64,000 nucleotides of DNA from a virus. Shown piece after piece: positions 17,646 through 27,582 of this stretch. The position numbers and the translations under genes are program-made. The notes beneath the pieces were generated by a model that was not told where the DNA came from, ran no database searches, and saw only the letters and a program-made list of their open reading frames with translations. The stretch lies in the IMG/VR virus record IMGVR_UViG_3300044639_001144. The stretch is one strand, 5' to 3'. Every line of letters begins with the position of its first letter. The first letter of the stretch is position 1.

Positions 17646-18658
17646 AGGCTCTGGTAAATTTTTAATAACAACTTGGGATCATAGAATTCTGATTCAATAT
17701 TTGTAATTTGATCAGTAACAATTTGATCCACAGACTCAAACTTTATTTCACCTGGGGCTAAATCAGTATCAACTGAGTTAGTCTTAACAGGGATCAACGC
17801 CATTTCGCGTAAATTGTAGTCTTTAATGAATGTTTCTTTAATAAATGTAGCTTCTTCATAACTAATGCCAATGTCTAGCTCAACACGCACAAGCATGTTA
17901 GGTTGGAAGATGTTTGCGCCATTATCAATTGCTTCACTTAGTTTTAGTACACGATATAATGGTTGTCCTGGCCAAGAAAAATACTTGTCTTCCATTCCCC
18001 ATTCTTTAACCATCATGCCACGAGCACTATCTCCAGCATCAGCAAAGTTATGCGGAAAACAGTTACCTATGTAAGTAACATTTTCTTTCTTTTGTCTCAA
18101 GTGAAAGTGACCACTGTACACGCTTTCGAAGCCGTTAAAATGATCTACTTTGATTTCGCCATGATCAGGCATTTCTACCATAGCATTCATTTTAAAATGT
18201 GGTAGTTCAAAGTGACCAAACATATATTGTCCACTTAGTTTATGAATTTTTTTATGATCATCGCCTACTAGCCAAGGGGCAATAGTAACATTGCCTTCAG
18301 TAAACCAATCGTTTACGATAATAATATTAGGAATGTGTTTAGCCCATTCGGCTCCGTGAATATCACGTTTATCACGATAATATAAATCATGGTTGCCGGG
18401 AATGAAATAAAACTTATCAAATGCTTTTGATAATTTTTCCAATGCTCGTACACTAAATTGTAGTGTTTGTAAGTTGATTGAAGCACGATGATTATGCCAA
18501 TCGCCAAGAAAAAGACCGGTTTCGCAACCTTCTTCTTTAGCTTTGGCAATAAACCAATCAATAAATGCTTCACAATCACGATTATGTACTAAACTATTGG
18601 ATTTTAATCCCCAATGTATGTCAGTACATACCGCTGCCTTCTTGAATAAGTTAGTCAT
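17642..18658 (-). CDS. gp47: recombination exonuclease nuclease subunit (gp47, Mre11/SbcD-like)
   Basis: Metallophosphoesterase motifs TDIHWG, FLGDW, PGNHD, FGHFE and SGHFH. Confidence 0.96.
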   Translation of the reverse strand: MTNLFKKAAVCTDIHWGLKSNSLVHNRDCEAFIDWFIAKAKEEGCETGLFLGDWHNHRASINLQTLQFSVRALEKLSKAFDKFYFIPGNHDLYYRDKRDIHGAEWAKHIPNIIIVNDWFTEGNVTIAPWLVGDDHKKIHKLSGQYMFGHFELPHFKMNAMVEMPDHGEIKVDHFNGFESVYSGHFHLRQKKENVTYIGNCFPHNFADAGDSARGMMVKEWGMEDKYFSWPGQPLYRVLKLSEAIDNGANIFQPNMLVRVELDIGISYEEATFIKETFIKDYNLREMALIPVKTNSVDTDLAPGEIKFESVDQIVTDQITNIESEFYDPKLLLKIYQSL

Positions 18659-18664
18659 AAGTCC

Positions 18665-18693
18665 AGTATAAACTATTGCTTAATACAATACAA
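18665..18693 (-). promoter_or_regulatory. sigma70-like promoter for gp47 (TTGTAT-N17-TATACT)
   Basis: -10 box 6 nt upstream of the ATG at 18658. Confidence 0.6.
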
Positions 18694-18702
18694 CTAAAAC
18701 GG

Positions 18703-19626
18703 CTAATCCTGGTTGTATTCGTCAACCGGAATACTAATTACCGGGCCGTGAGCATGTGCTTCGCGCCTACCTGAGTTTTGTCTTGACCAAGAAGGAGTTA
18801 ATCCATGTTGTTCAAGCAAATCATCGCGTATATTTTGATTTTTCTTTTCAGAGTTTAGAATATGTGTAAACGAATTGGTAATGGCTGCTGTATAATAAGC
18901 AAATGGATTTTGTGATTTACTTTCATCAAATCTTAATCCAATTTGTGACAATTGAACTAACGCTGACCCGCGCATTTCTTCGTTATATGTATACCCACGC
19001 CAATTTGAACGTGTAGCATAGCGATCACACAGCTTAATGAACATTGTTGCTAGGGTATGTGTCATAGTACCGTGATCTTTACAAAACTCGCCTGTTTCTA
19101 AATCACCTTTCCAGTGGCTTTTGCCAACCAAATAAGGTTGTTTGTTTTCATCTAATCTGTAATGATAAAATGGAGGAAAAGGTAATCTAATATATTTGGT
19201 TGCAGCAGCATCAGGTTCGATGGGTAAAATTGCATCTAAAATTGCATCGTCGTCGATTAATTCAAGATCAAATATATCTTCAATTTTCTTCTTTTTAGTA
19301 GCACTCTTGGGTATTTTTTTAGGTGCCATGGGTATATGTTCCCATGAAGTTATACGAAATACTACATCAGTATTGGGTATTTTTTTAGGGTCAACAATTA
19401 CTTTAGTTTCTTTTTTAATACGATCAGCACGATTGCGTCTGGCTTCTGCTACTGTACGTTGATTAATTTTACTTAAACTAGGCAAAATCATATCATATTG
19501 ATGATCGTTTGCTGGATCTAAATATGTACAATATGTATTTTTACTTAAATGTATTTGTTTTAACAGATCTCTATTATTGAGATAAATGACTTTTTTTACT
19601 GGTGCTACTATGGGTTTTGTGGCCAC
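18703..19626 (-). CDS. gp55: late-transcription sigma factor (gp55-like) with an internal insertion
   Basis: YLNNRDLLKQI at the N-terminus; RSNWRGYTYNEEM...ALVQLSQIGLRFDESKSQNPFAYYT..ITNSF; GTG start with SD AGGAG. Confidence 0.9.
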   Translation of the reverse strand: MATKPIVAPVKKVIYLNNRDLLKQIHLSKNTYCTYLDPANDHQYDMILPSLSKINQRTVAEARRNRADRIKKETKVIVDPKKIPNTDVVFRITSWEHIPMAPKKIPKSATKKKKIEDIFDLELIDDDAILDAILPIEPDAAATKYIRLPFPPFYHYRLDENKQPYLVGKSHWKGDLETGEFCKDHGTMTHTLATMFIKLCDRYATRSNWRGYTYNEEMRGSALVQLSQIGLRFDESKSQNPFAYYTAAITNSFTHILNSEKKNQNIRDDLLEQHGLTPSWSRQNSGRREAHAHGPVISIPVDEYNQD

Positions 19627-19646
19627 TAGTTATGTCTCCTAACTAA

Positions 19647-19679
19647 TATTTAGTATAACAGAAATCAATTAATTGTCAA
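19647..19679 (-). promoter_or_regulatory. overlapping sigma70 (TTGACA-N16-TATACT, extended TG) and late (CTAAATA) promoters for gp55
   Basis: Minus strand TTGACAattaattgatttcTGtTATACTAAATAttagttAGGAG. Confidence 0.65.
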
Positions 19680-19715
19680 CCTATTTGACATAATATGGAT
19701 ACATTAATATACACA

Positions 19716-19721
19716 TAAATA
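19716..19721 (+). promoter_or_regulatory. late promoter box CATAAATA for the baseplate operon
   Basis: Upstream of SD AGGA and the ATG at 19741. Confidence 0.55.
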
Positions 19722-19740
19722 TTAATATAGGAAAAATACA

Positions 19741-21024
19741 ATGGCAACAGCCTCGATACTACTAATAGGTGGACAACCGTGGACTCCCGGGTCACAGTTG
19801 ACGTCTATTCAAATGACAGCAGTTTCTGTTGCGTTAGCGATGGGCAATACAGTTAATCCTGCGGTATTAGCACAGTTTTATGCACAAGGAGGGCAGGCAC
19901 AACAACCCAATCCGTCGCCTACATCAGTAAATCCGGCAGTAGATCCAGCATCAACTAGAACTAATGCCAATACAAACAATGGTGGTCTTAGATCACGTGC
20001 AACTACATTGCCTCCTACAGTAAACCCAAAGGTAGATCCTGAAGCTGCTTCGGCATCAAATCGAGAATTTGTTAATAATGAGGGCGGCGCAGCTACTGGA
20101 ATTCGTCCTAAACAAGTTACTAGAGAAACAATAGACGCTAAGAAACATTTTGAAGAAGTACAACCAGAAAGTCCTTTAGCGGGTGAAATTCAATCAGGCA
20201 TTGAAAATGCACAAAATCAACCGGCACAAACGGTAATATTAGGTAATGAAGCTAGTAATGGTGATTGGAGAGTTAGATTAAGTTTAGGACAAAATGCCAA
20301 TTACCTTTATAATGATCCTCAGCCAGGAATATTGCAACCATTATTAGCTACTAACGGAGTTATATTTCCTTATACTCCAAAAATTGACACATCCTATAAA
20401 ACAAATTATTCACCCTACGATGTAACACATTCTAATTTTCGCGGTTATTATTATCAAAATAGTCAAGTGGGTGATATTAGTATTACAGCTCATTTTACAG
20501 CACAGAATACATTTGAAGCAAATTATTTGTTGGCAGTTATACATTTTTTCCGTTCTGCTGGCAAAATGTTTTATGGGCAAGATGCACAACGCGGTACCCC
20601 TCCGCCATTGTTATTTTTAACAGGGTTAGGGCAATATCAATTCAATAAACATCCAGTGTTGCTTAGTAGTTTTACATATGGCTTGCCTGAAGATGTAGAT
20701 TATATTCGTGCTCATGTTACTAATCAAATAGGAACTAATTTAACTCAACAAAATAACGTAAAAAAAAGCGTAGCAACATCATCAAATGCAGCAGCCGGTG
20801 ATAGATTAAGCAATGCTGGACTAGATAAAGGTGCATTACCAAATACTCCCTTTGGATCTGCTCCATCTACTCCTGAGTTGGCATCAGGGGCACCTACGTA
20901 TGTACCAACTAAAATGGATATTACTATTACCTTATTGCCAGTCAATACTCGTCAACAAATCAGTAATCAATTTAGTCTTAAACAATTTGCCAATGGCAAT
21001 TTACTCAGAGGAGGATTTTGGTAA
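19741..21024 (+). CDS. baseplate/tail-tube initiator or cap protein (gp48/gp54-like)
   Basis: DWRVRL, GVIFPYTP, YYQNSQV..I.ITA.FTAQ, IHFFRS..KMFYG, PPP.L.L.G.G, P.K..ITITL.P; first gene of the baseplate operon. Confidence 0.6.
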   Translation: MATASILLIGGQPWTPGSQLTSIQMTAVSVALAMGNTVNPAVLAQFYAQGGQAQQPNPSPTSVNPAVDPASTRTNANTNNGGLRSRATTLPPTVNPKVDPEAASASNREFVNNEGGAATGIRPKQVTRETIDAKKHFEEVQPESPLAGEIQSGIENAQNQPAQTVILGNEASNGDWRVRLSLGQNANYLYNDPQPGILQPLLATNGVIFPYTPKIDTSYKTNYSPYDVTHSNFRGYYYQNSQVGDISITAHFTAQNTFEANYLLAVIHFFRSAGKMFYGQDAQRGTPPPLLFLTGLGQYQFNKHPVLLSSFTYGLPEDVDYIRAHVTNQIGTNLTQQNNVKKSVATSSNAAAGDRLSNAGLDKGALPNTPFGSAPSTPELASGAPTYVPTKMDITITLLPVNTRQQISNQFSLKQFANGNLLRGGFW

Positions 21025-21326
21025 TGGCATCATCATACAATCAATCTAGTCCCTACTATGCAACAGGATATAGTCAATATTTCCTAGATGTAATGATTAA
21101 TAGACCTATTCCGAAATTAAATGATGATCAATATTTTGCAATAAATTTAACATATCAGTATCGTCCAGATTTATTAGCATACGATTTATATGATAATAGC
21201 AATTTATGGTGGGTGTTTTATCAACGTAATCCAAATACATTGTCTAAACCTCCATTAGATTTTATATCAGGGACACAAATTTATCTCCCAAAAATTACTA
21301 CTCTTCAATCAGTATTAGGATTATAA
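21024..21326 (+). CDS. gp53: baseplate wedge protein (gp53-like, LysM-like fold)
   Basis: YQYRPDLLAYDLYDNSNLWWVF..RN; ATG overlaps the upstream TAA. Confidence 0.8.
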   Translation: MASSYNQSSPYYATGYSQYFLDVMINRPIPKLNDDQYFAINLTYQYRPDLLAYDLYDNSNLWWVFYQRNPNTLSKPPLDFISGTQIYLPKITTLQSVLGL

Positions 21327-21327
21327 A

Positions 21328-22674
21328 ATGTCAGCAACAAATGGTGGATTAAGATCTCGAAGAATAATTGTATCTTCTGTAGATACAGGGACATCTGCAC
21401 CTAAACGTACCACAGAACAAACTCAAAGTACATCTACACAAACTCCAGCAGGGCCTAAGCCTTATGTACATCCAGTGGGATTTACTACTAATGTTGAAAA
21501 TGGCGCAGCATTTGGTGTGCCCAGCGCCACAGCTCGTGCTTTAAGACAAAATGAAAATCGTCTTGCTGTATCAGCAGATTCGGCAATTACTACTATTGTA
21601 CCAACACCAGCCACTCCAACCACACCCACTACTCCTACATCTGCTAATATTCCCATTATTTCACCACCTCCTACGGCGCCTACTAATGTCGAATCAACTT
21701 CGATAGCAACAACAAAAGATGATAATCCTAATAACCCACCAAATTCAATACAGCAAGAGATATTAATTAACACAGGTACTCAGCCAGGGTTACCTATTCA
21801 GCCTCGACCTAACGTGCTAGATCAATTTGCTAGCTATACCTACAATCTTGCTTGGTACGGCCTTACTCCTGAACAATATAGCGCAGTAGTTTCTACATCA
21901 AGAATTAATGTAAATTCCTGGTCTTTATTAGTACAAAGTGGAGGTGCAGCACAACAGCAGCAAGGAGTGTCAAATCAGGGTGTTAATTTTGGGCAAGATA
22001 CTCCAATCAATGGGCCGTTGACCAAAATAGTTACTCCTAACCGCAACAAATATTTTACTCTTGATTATTTTTTAGATGATTTGACTATAGAAACTTCGGT
22101 AACTGGAGTATCTGCTAGTCAATTTACCAAAATATCATTTAAAGTATCTGAGCCTAACGGTATAACATTAATTCCCAATCTTAATTATGCCGGCAGGGAG
22201 TTTAACTCTAGTCCTCTCAATGCTGACTATTGTATGGTTGTGAAATTTTATGGCTGGGATATTAATGGAAATTTAATAACTGATCCAACAAGAACTACAG
22301 GTACTCCAGGGGCAACTCCAAGTATTTCAAATGCAATTCTTACAAGGTATTACCCATTTACAATAATTGATGTAACATTTAAAATAGACGGAAAAAATAT
22401 CATATATGAAGTGACGGGTCAGCCAAAAAATTATGCTAAAGCAGCATCAACTAGTCTTGGTAGTATACCGGCTAATTTTGAACTTAGTGGAGAAACGGTA
22501 AGTCAAGTATTGTCTGCAAGTCAGAATAGTGTCACATCTGCTCTTAACTCTTTAATTTCAGCTGCATCAGGCGGCAGAGAAAATACAAATTCTTCATCGC
22601 CTCCAACTAGCCAAACGGGAGAATCTACGAAAGCAGATTCTATGTCGTTTGATATTTCTAATAATATAATGTAA
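21328..22674 (+). CDS. putative baseplate hub protein, N-terminal part
   Basis: PRPNVLDQFASYTYN, ISFKVSEPNG, VVKFYGWD; lies between gp53 and gp5. Confidence 0.5.
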   Translation: MSATNGGLRSRRIIVSSVDTGTSAPKRTTEQTQSTSTQTPAGPKPYVHPVGFTTNVENGAAFGVPSATARALRQNENRLAVSADSAITTIVPTPATPTTPTTPTSANIPIISPPPTAPTNVESTSIATTKDDNPNNPPNSIQQEILINTGTQPGLPIQPRPNVLDQFASYTYNLAWYGLTPEQYSAVVSTSRINVNSWSLLVQSGGAAQQQQGVSNQGVNFGQDTPINGPLTKIVTPNRNKYFTLDYFLDDLTIETSVTGVSASQFTKISFKVSEPNGITLIPNLNYAGREFNSSPLNADYCMVVKFYGWDINGNLITDPTRTTGTPGATPSISNAILTRYYPFTIIDVTFKIDGKNIIYEVTGQPKNYAKAASTSLGSIPANFELSGETVSQVLSASQNSVTSALNSLISAASGGRENTNSSSPPTSQTGESTKADSMSFDISNNIM

Positions 22675-22684
22675 GGGAGTTAAC

Positions 22685-24514
22685 ATGGCAACTAATGGTA
22701 ATGCAACCTCTACTAGTGCTCCTCCCAAAGCTGATGCTGCTCCGGGAGGCACTACTAAGTTTGCCTACAATAGTTTATGCGATGCAATGAATTCGCAAGA
22801 ACAACAATATGTTAAAGATGGAAAATTTGAAATTGCCAATGTTTACGATATAGTATTTGCGCCAGCTTCTTTGGCTTCGGCAAAAGTTACAACTAAAGGC
22901 CCAACAGATAAAACTCAAACTCCAATGCAACAAGAGAATACTGCGGTGGCAGCAATTTCTTCTGATAAGAATAGTGTTAATACACAAGCTAAAAATTTAT
23001 CAGCGTCACAAGGTACTCAAATTATACAATTTATTGAAAGAACTATTCGTAATAGTTCTTATATTACCGATCAACAATTAGCCAGCCCTGACCCATTAAA
23101 CCCAATTGCGGCGTTGATACCAAATACTACTACAAAAGGTACTGGTCCTACCACTTGGTTTAAAATTTTAGTTACTGCAACACCAATAGGAAATAGAGTA
23201 GATACAAAAAGAAATGATTATGCTTATAATATAAAATATTTTGTAACTACATATGCCATCAATGATATGCAAAGTGATTATTTTCCAGAAGCACGATTTA
23301 GAGGCGCACACAAAGTTTATAATTATTGGTTTACCGGGTTGAATACACAAGTATTGCATTTTGAGCAACATTTCAATACTGTATATCGTGTTGTGGCTGG
23401 TGCTGGAAGTATAGCAGAAGGAATAAAAGCATTACAATCTCCATCTAACGCACAAACTGATAAAGTCGGAGATGTTTATACACTTGGTCCTCCAATTAAA
23501 ACTCCTAACCCTCCAAATCAAACAGTACAATCAGCAACAAACGATGCTAATACTCCGGCAGCAACTGCGGCCGATTTTTTGTATAGTGCAAATGATCAGA
23601 ATCAAAGTACTATTAAAATTGTTGGCGATCCTGCGTGGCTTTTTCAAGGAGAACTTGTCGGAGTAACTGAAGAATCTTTAACTAATGCGACAGGATGGTG
23701 GCCTGATGGCACCATATGTTCAGAAAAACAAGATGCAGTTTTTGTTATAAATTTCAATACTCCTGCAGATTATAACAATGGAGAAAATGGGCCATATAGC
23801 GGCACTGGATTGATGGATATCAACATAGGCGGTACAAAAGGTGATTCTAATAAATTATCAAAAACAGCTACTGAAGCAAGTGCAGCATATAAAGCAACTG
23901 CTGTAGTTTCTACTTTTAGCAGAGGTAAATTTGAACAATCGTTGACTGGGACTCGAATTAAAAATCTGGCAAAAACAGATCTCAATCAATATAGACCTCC
24001 GGTTGTAACTAAAAAGGTAACTCCGACCTCATCTGCAACTCCTACTACACCTACAACTCCACGGAAACCATTAGCATTTGAAGAAGGTCCTAATGGTGCA
24101 GCATTTGGAAATCCATTAGCTTCTCGTCGTGGTCAAAAATATGGGGCAACACAAGTGACTCCTGCCGAAAAAAATTCTGCAACTTCAGTAATAAATCCTT
24201 CAGTGGCGCCAGCTAAAGCTGCTGGTGCTCCTACGTCAGATGGTGTTCCAGTAGGGTCGGCAAAACCAGCAGCAACATCTCCAGCACCTATCAGCAAAGC
24301 TGCCGGACAACGAATATCTCAGGCACAAAATGCTTATCAAAATGCAACGGAAGATCTTAGACAAGCACGTAAATATTATCCTAATCAAGTAGCTGAGGCA
24401 CAGCAAGCAGTAAATACTGCTAGAAACGCATGGAAATCAGCAGTCGATGCAAGTCAAACGCCTGACATACAAACGGGTACAAGCACACAAACAACAGCGC
24501 CAAAGGATCAATAA
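22685..24514 (+). CDS. putative baseplate hub protein, C-terminal part (gp27/late-control-D-like position)
   Basis: KVYNYWFTGLNT.VL.F, IKIVGDPAW, STFSRGKFEQ.L; SD GGGAG; immediately precedes gp5. Confidence 0.5.
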   Translation: MATNGNATSTSAPPKADAAPGGTTKFAYNSLCDAMNSQEQQYVKDGKFEIANVYDIVFAPASLASAKVTTKGPTDKTQTPMQQENTAVAAISSDKNSVNTQAKNLSASQGTQIIQFIERTIRNSSYITDQQLASPDPLNPIAALIPNTTTKGTGPTTWFKILVTATPIGNRVDTKRNDYAYNIKYFVTTYAINDMQSDYFPEARFRGAHKVYNYWFTGLNTQVLHFEQHFNTVYRVVAGAGSIAEGIKALQSPSNAQTDKVGDVYTLGPPIKTPNPPNQTVQSATNDANTPAATAADFLYSANDQNQSTIKIVGDPAWLFQGELVGVTEESLTNATGWWPDGTICSEKQDAVFVINFNTPADYNNGENGPYSGTGLMDINIGGTKGDSNKLSKTATEASAAYKATAVVSTFSRGKFEQSLTGTRIKNLAKTDLNQYRPPVVTKKVTPTSSATPTTPTTPRKPLAFEEGPNGAAFGNPLASRRGQKYGATQVTPAEKNSATSVINPSVAPAKAAGAPTSDGVPVGSAKPAATSPAPISKAAGQRISQAQNAYQNATEDLRQARKYYPNQVAEAQQAVNTARNAWKSAVDASQTPDIQTGTSTQTTAPKDQ

Positions 24515-26028
24515 TGGCAAATAATATAGCAAGAATTACTGGCAGGTCGCAGTCATTTAAATTTGATAAAGGTAATACTCCTGCAGATGTAGGCACATTC
24601 ATTGGTGAGGTAATGAATAATGTTGATCCAACACGCGGCGGGCGCCTTCAAGTTTACATTACACAATTTGCCGGTAACGATAAAGAAAATGACAAATTAT
24701 GGCGTACAGTACGTCCATTACAAACTCAAGGAGGATCTACGCCGCAAACAAGTTCGTCAACAGGGCCTGGATCATATGGATCAAATAGTAATCAACAAAG
24801 TTATGGAGCAGCCGCAGGTTCTCCAGATCTCGGAACAAAATTATTATGTACTTTTGTTGCAGGAGATCCTGACGGAGGATATTATCTGGGAATAGTTCCT
24901 GCACAAGGTGCTAATCATATGGTACCAGCACTAGGTGCAGCAAAGAATGCTGTTAAACAAAATGCAGATCAAGAGACATATTTAGAAAAAAGTCCTCAAT
25001 TACCAACCACTGAAATTAATACCTCTTCGAGCAATACTGCCATTACAGAGGATCCGCAATTTTTTAATAAAGAAAAACCGGTACACAGTTATGTAGCAGC
25101 TACTATGTTTCAGCAGGGTACTGTTAGTGATCCTATACGTGGCCCAATAGATTCGTCTAGTCAGCGTGAAAGTCCAAGTAATGTTACTGGAACTAGCACA
25201 CCTGGTAGACCAATTTATCAAGGTGGATTAAAAGATCCAACTATTACGCAAAAAGTAGCTTCTGGTGAAGTAACTGAAGAAGATGCTACTATTGTTGGAA
25301 GAACTGGCGGGCATAGTGTAGTAATGGATGACGGTGCAACTGATGGCAAAACGGCAATTGTTCGTATTCGTACAGCCAAAGGTCATCAAGTTACAATGAG
25401 TGATGATGGTAACAATCTTTATATTGCTCATGCTAACGGTCAAGTATGGTTAGAGTTTGGTCAAGAAGGAACATTAGATGTGTACACTACAAATTCTATT
25501 AATTTACGCACAGAAGGCACTATAAATTTACATGCTGATAAAGATTTCAATGTGTGGGCCGGTGGAAATATCAATATGATGAGTAATGTATCCACAACAA
25601 TGCAAAGTGAGGGCAAATTTACTTGTGCCACCACCGAAGAATTGTTATTGTTTAGTCAATCTACGATAGGAGTTAAAAGTAACGGACAATTAACTCTTGA
25701 TAGTAAATTAGGAGCATGGGCATCGGGTGGTAGTTTAGCATTGCAAGCAGGATTGATAGATTTGAATTCAGGTTCGGCAGCAAGTGTATCTGTGCCCACA
25801 GGGTTAATAAAATATACAATGCCAGCAAGTAGTTTTAATACCTCATCGGGATTTAAAGTTGAATCAGCAGGTACTGAAAGTATTGTTACTAGAGCACCGG
25901 CTCATGAACCATGGCCTTATCATAATCAAGGTGTTCAAGTTAGCGTTGATTTAGGTGATGGAACTAACTCAAGTCCGCCTAGTGCTCCGACTATTCCATC
26001 AGGTACTTCTATAACTAAGACAAATTAA
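24514..26028 (+). CDS. gp5: baseplate central spike (gp5/VgrG-like), no lysozyme domain
   Basis: OB-fold GEVMNNVDP.RGGRLQV...PDLGTKLLCTF..GDP; GHSVVMDD, RIRTAKGHQVTMSD; beta-helix repeats; C-terminal RAPAHEPW. Confidence 0.85.
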   Translation: MANNIARITGRSQSFKFDKGNTPADVGTFIGEVMNNVDPTRGGRLQVYITQFAGNDKENDKLWRTVRPLQTQGGSTPQTSSSTGPGSYGSNSNQQSYGAAAGSPDLGTKLLCTFVAGDPDGGYYLGIVPAQGANHMVPALGAAKNAVKQNADQETYLEKSPQLPTTEINTSSSNTAITEDPQFFNKEKPVHSYVAATMFQQGTVSDPIRGPIDSSSQRESPSNVTGTSTPGRPIYQGGLKDPTITQKVASGEVTEEDATIVGRTGGHSVVMDDGATDGKTAIVRIRTAKGHQVTMSDDGNNLYIAHANGQVWLEFGQEGTLDVYTTNSINLRTEGTINLHADKDFNVWAGGNINMMSNVSTTMQSEGKFTCATTEELLLFSQSTIGVKSNGQLTLDSKLGAWASGGSLALQAGLIDLNSGSAASVSVPTGLIKYTMPASSFNTSSGFKVESAGTESIVTRAPAHEPWPYHNQGVQVSVDLGDGTNSSPPSAPTIPSGTSITKTN

Positions 26029-26029
26029 T

Positions 26030-27568
26030 ATGGCAATTTATAATTATACATTACCTTCTGGGGCAAAATATCAATTAAATGCACCTAATGGCACGACACA
26101 AGTAGAAGCAGATAATATTTTTTATTCACAAGTGGCCGCAGGAACATTTGTTGGATATACTAAGGGCGACACATTATTAAATCCGGTAGAAGTATTAACT
26201 AATTTTGGGTTATCACGTTTACAAAGGGGTACAGCAGGAGTTGATGATAAAACGTTAATGGCTGTTGTTGCGAATTTGCCTATAGTTGTTGAATTGCCCA
26301 TATTAACATCTGTTCCTGTAAGTAATCCAATTAGTCAAGCTAGTTATATCAAAGTAACTAGTACTCCAGTAGGTAGAACTACTATAACTTTGCAAGCTGG
26401 ACAGTTAACTTCGCAGGAAACTCAATCGCTAATGGCACAGCTATCAGCAATAGCAAACAATGATGTTAACACATTTACGCAAGCTGATGGAATTGGAATT
26501 TATGGATTTAATTGTAATCAACTGGAACAAGCAGGATTAATTAAACCAGGTATGAGTGAATTGTATTGCCCACTTGATGAAACTACGGGTGATAATCCTG
26601 CTAATTTTGTTGATTTTATGAGTTCACCGACCCCTTGGACAGGATTATTTGGTGTTACTAGTGTGTTTGATATATTAGGCGATGCTGCAATACAAAATCA
26701 AATAGAAGAAATATTATTAGATCGTAGCTACAATCAACTTGTAGCTAGTGGTGTGATTATTCCGCCGAAGCAAAGGGTAACAACTCCAAGTGTAAGCACT
26801 GGAAGAGTGTATACAGCCGGTGGTACACTAGCATCAGCATCATCATTGACATTACTTACATCAACTCCATCATTAACTAATGGAGCTCTTGATGCTAGTT
26901 TAACTCCCGTTGGCATTGTGCCACAGGAAATAAAAAATCTCGGAGAAGAGTCCAGTGCAATTTATAGTTATGGATTATCATCATTGGCTACTGGGGCAGT
27001 CGGATTTAATACTGGGCCAGGTCAATTGTCAGGATTATCCACAGGATTAGCAGCCGGCACCGCAGCAGGAGTATCTGCATTAATAGGATCAAGGATTAGC
27101 GGAGATGTAGGTGCATTAATGGCAATAGGAAGTAAGTATGGTGTTGCACTTGCTAGTAGCTGGGCATCAGGGTCAGCATCTGGAGTTATATCATCTGCAG
27201 CCGGCATTGGAGCATTAGTAGGAAGTTTGGTTCCAATACCTCCGGGATTAGCAAAAATCAGTGCTAAAATTAATACAGCAGTTAATACTATTGCAAAAGC
27301 AGCACAATTTGCTTCTAGTTTTAGTAATTTTTCACTAAGCGGGTTAATATCAGGTATACAACCAGCAGCTGGGTTTAATAATACAGTAAATCGCTCTACG
27401 CTTGATGCAGCAGTATCTCGAGTGATAGGATCTCCTCTTATTAATCCTCCTATGTATGAAATACCATCTATTAAAAGTTTGGGTATTTTGGCAGATATTG
27501 GATCTGCTAAAAAAATATTAAATCTAGTACAATCAAACATAGGCAGTAGAATAGTTAACATTAGATAG
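26030..27568 (+). CDS. baseplate-associated structural protein
   Basis: 512-aa ORF between gp5 and gp25; GIGIYGFN..QLEQAGLIKPG segment; hydrophobic G/A/S-rich C-terminal half. Confidence 0.5.
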   Translation: MAIYNYTLPSGAKYQLNAPNGTTQVEADNIFYSQVAAGTFVGYTKGDTLLNPVEVLTNFGLSRLQRGTAGVDDKTLMAVVANLPIVVELPILTSVPVSNPISQASYIKVTSTPVGRTTITLQAGQLTSQETQSLMAQLSAIANNDVNTFTQADGIGIYGFNCNQLEQAGLIKPGMSELYCPLDETTGDNPANFVDFMSSPTPWTGLFGVTSVFDILGDAAIQNQIEEILLDRSYNQLVASGVIIPPKQRVTTPSVSTGRVYTAGGTLASASSLTLLTSTPSLTNGALDASLTPVGIVPQEIKNLGEESSAIYSYGLSSLATGAVGFNTGPGQLSGLSTGLAAGTAAGVSALIGSRISGDVGALMAIGSKYGVALASSWASGSASGVISSAAGIGALVGSLVPIPPGLAKISAKINTAVNTIAKAAQFASSFSNFSLSGLISGIQPAAGFNNTVNRSTLDAAVSRVIGSPLINPPMYEIPSIKSLGILADIGSAKKILNLVQSNIGSRIVNIR

Positions 27569-27570
27569 GG

Positions 27571-27576
27571 TAAATA
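27571..27576 (+). promoter_or_regulatory. late promoter box GTAAATA for gp25
   Basis: 6 nt upstream of the ATG at 27583. Confidence 0.55.
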
Positions 27577-27582
27577 CATATT

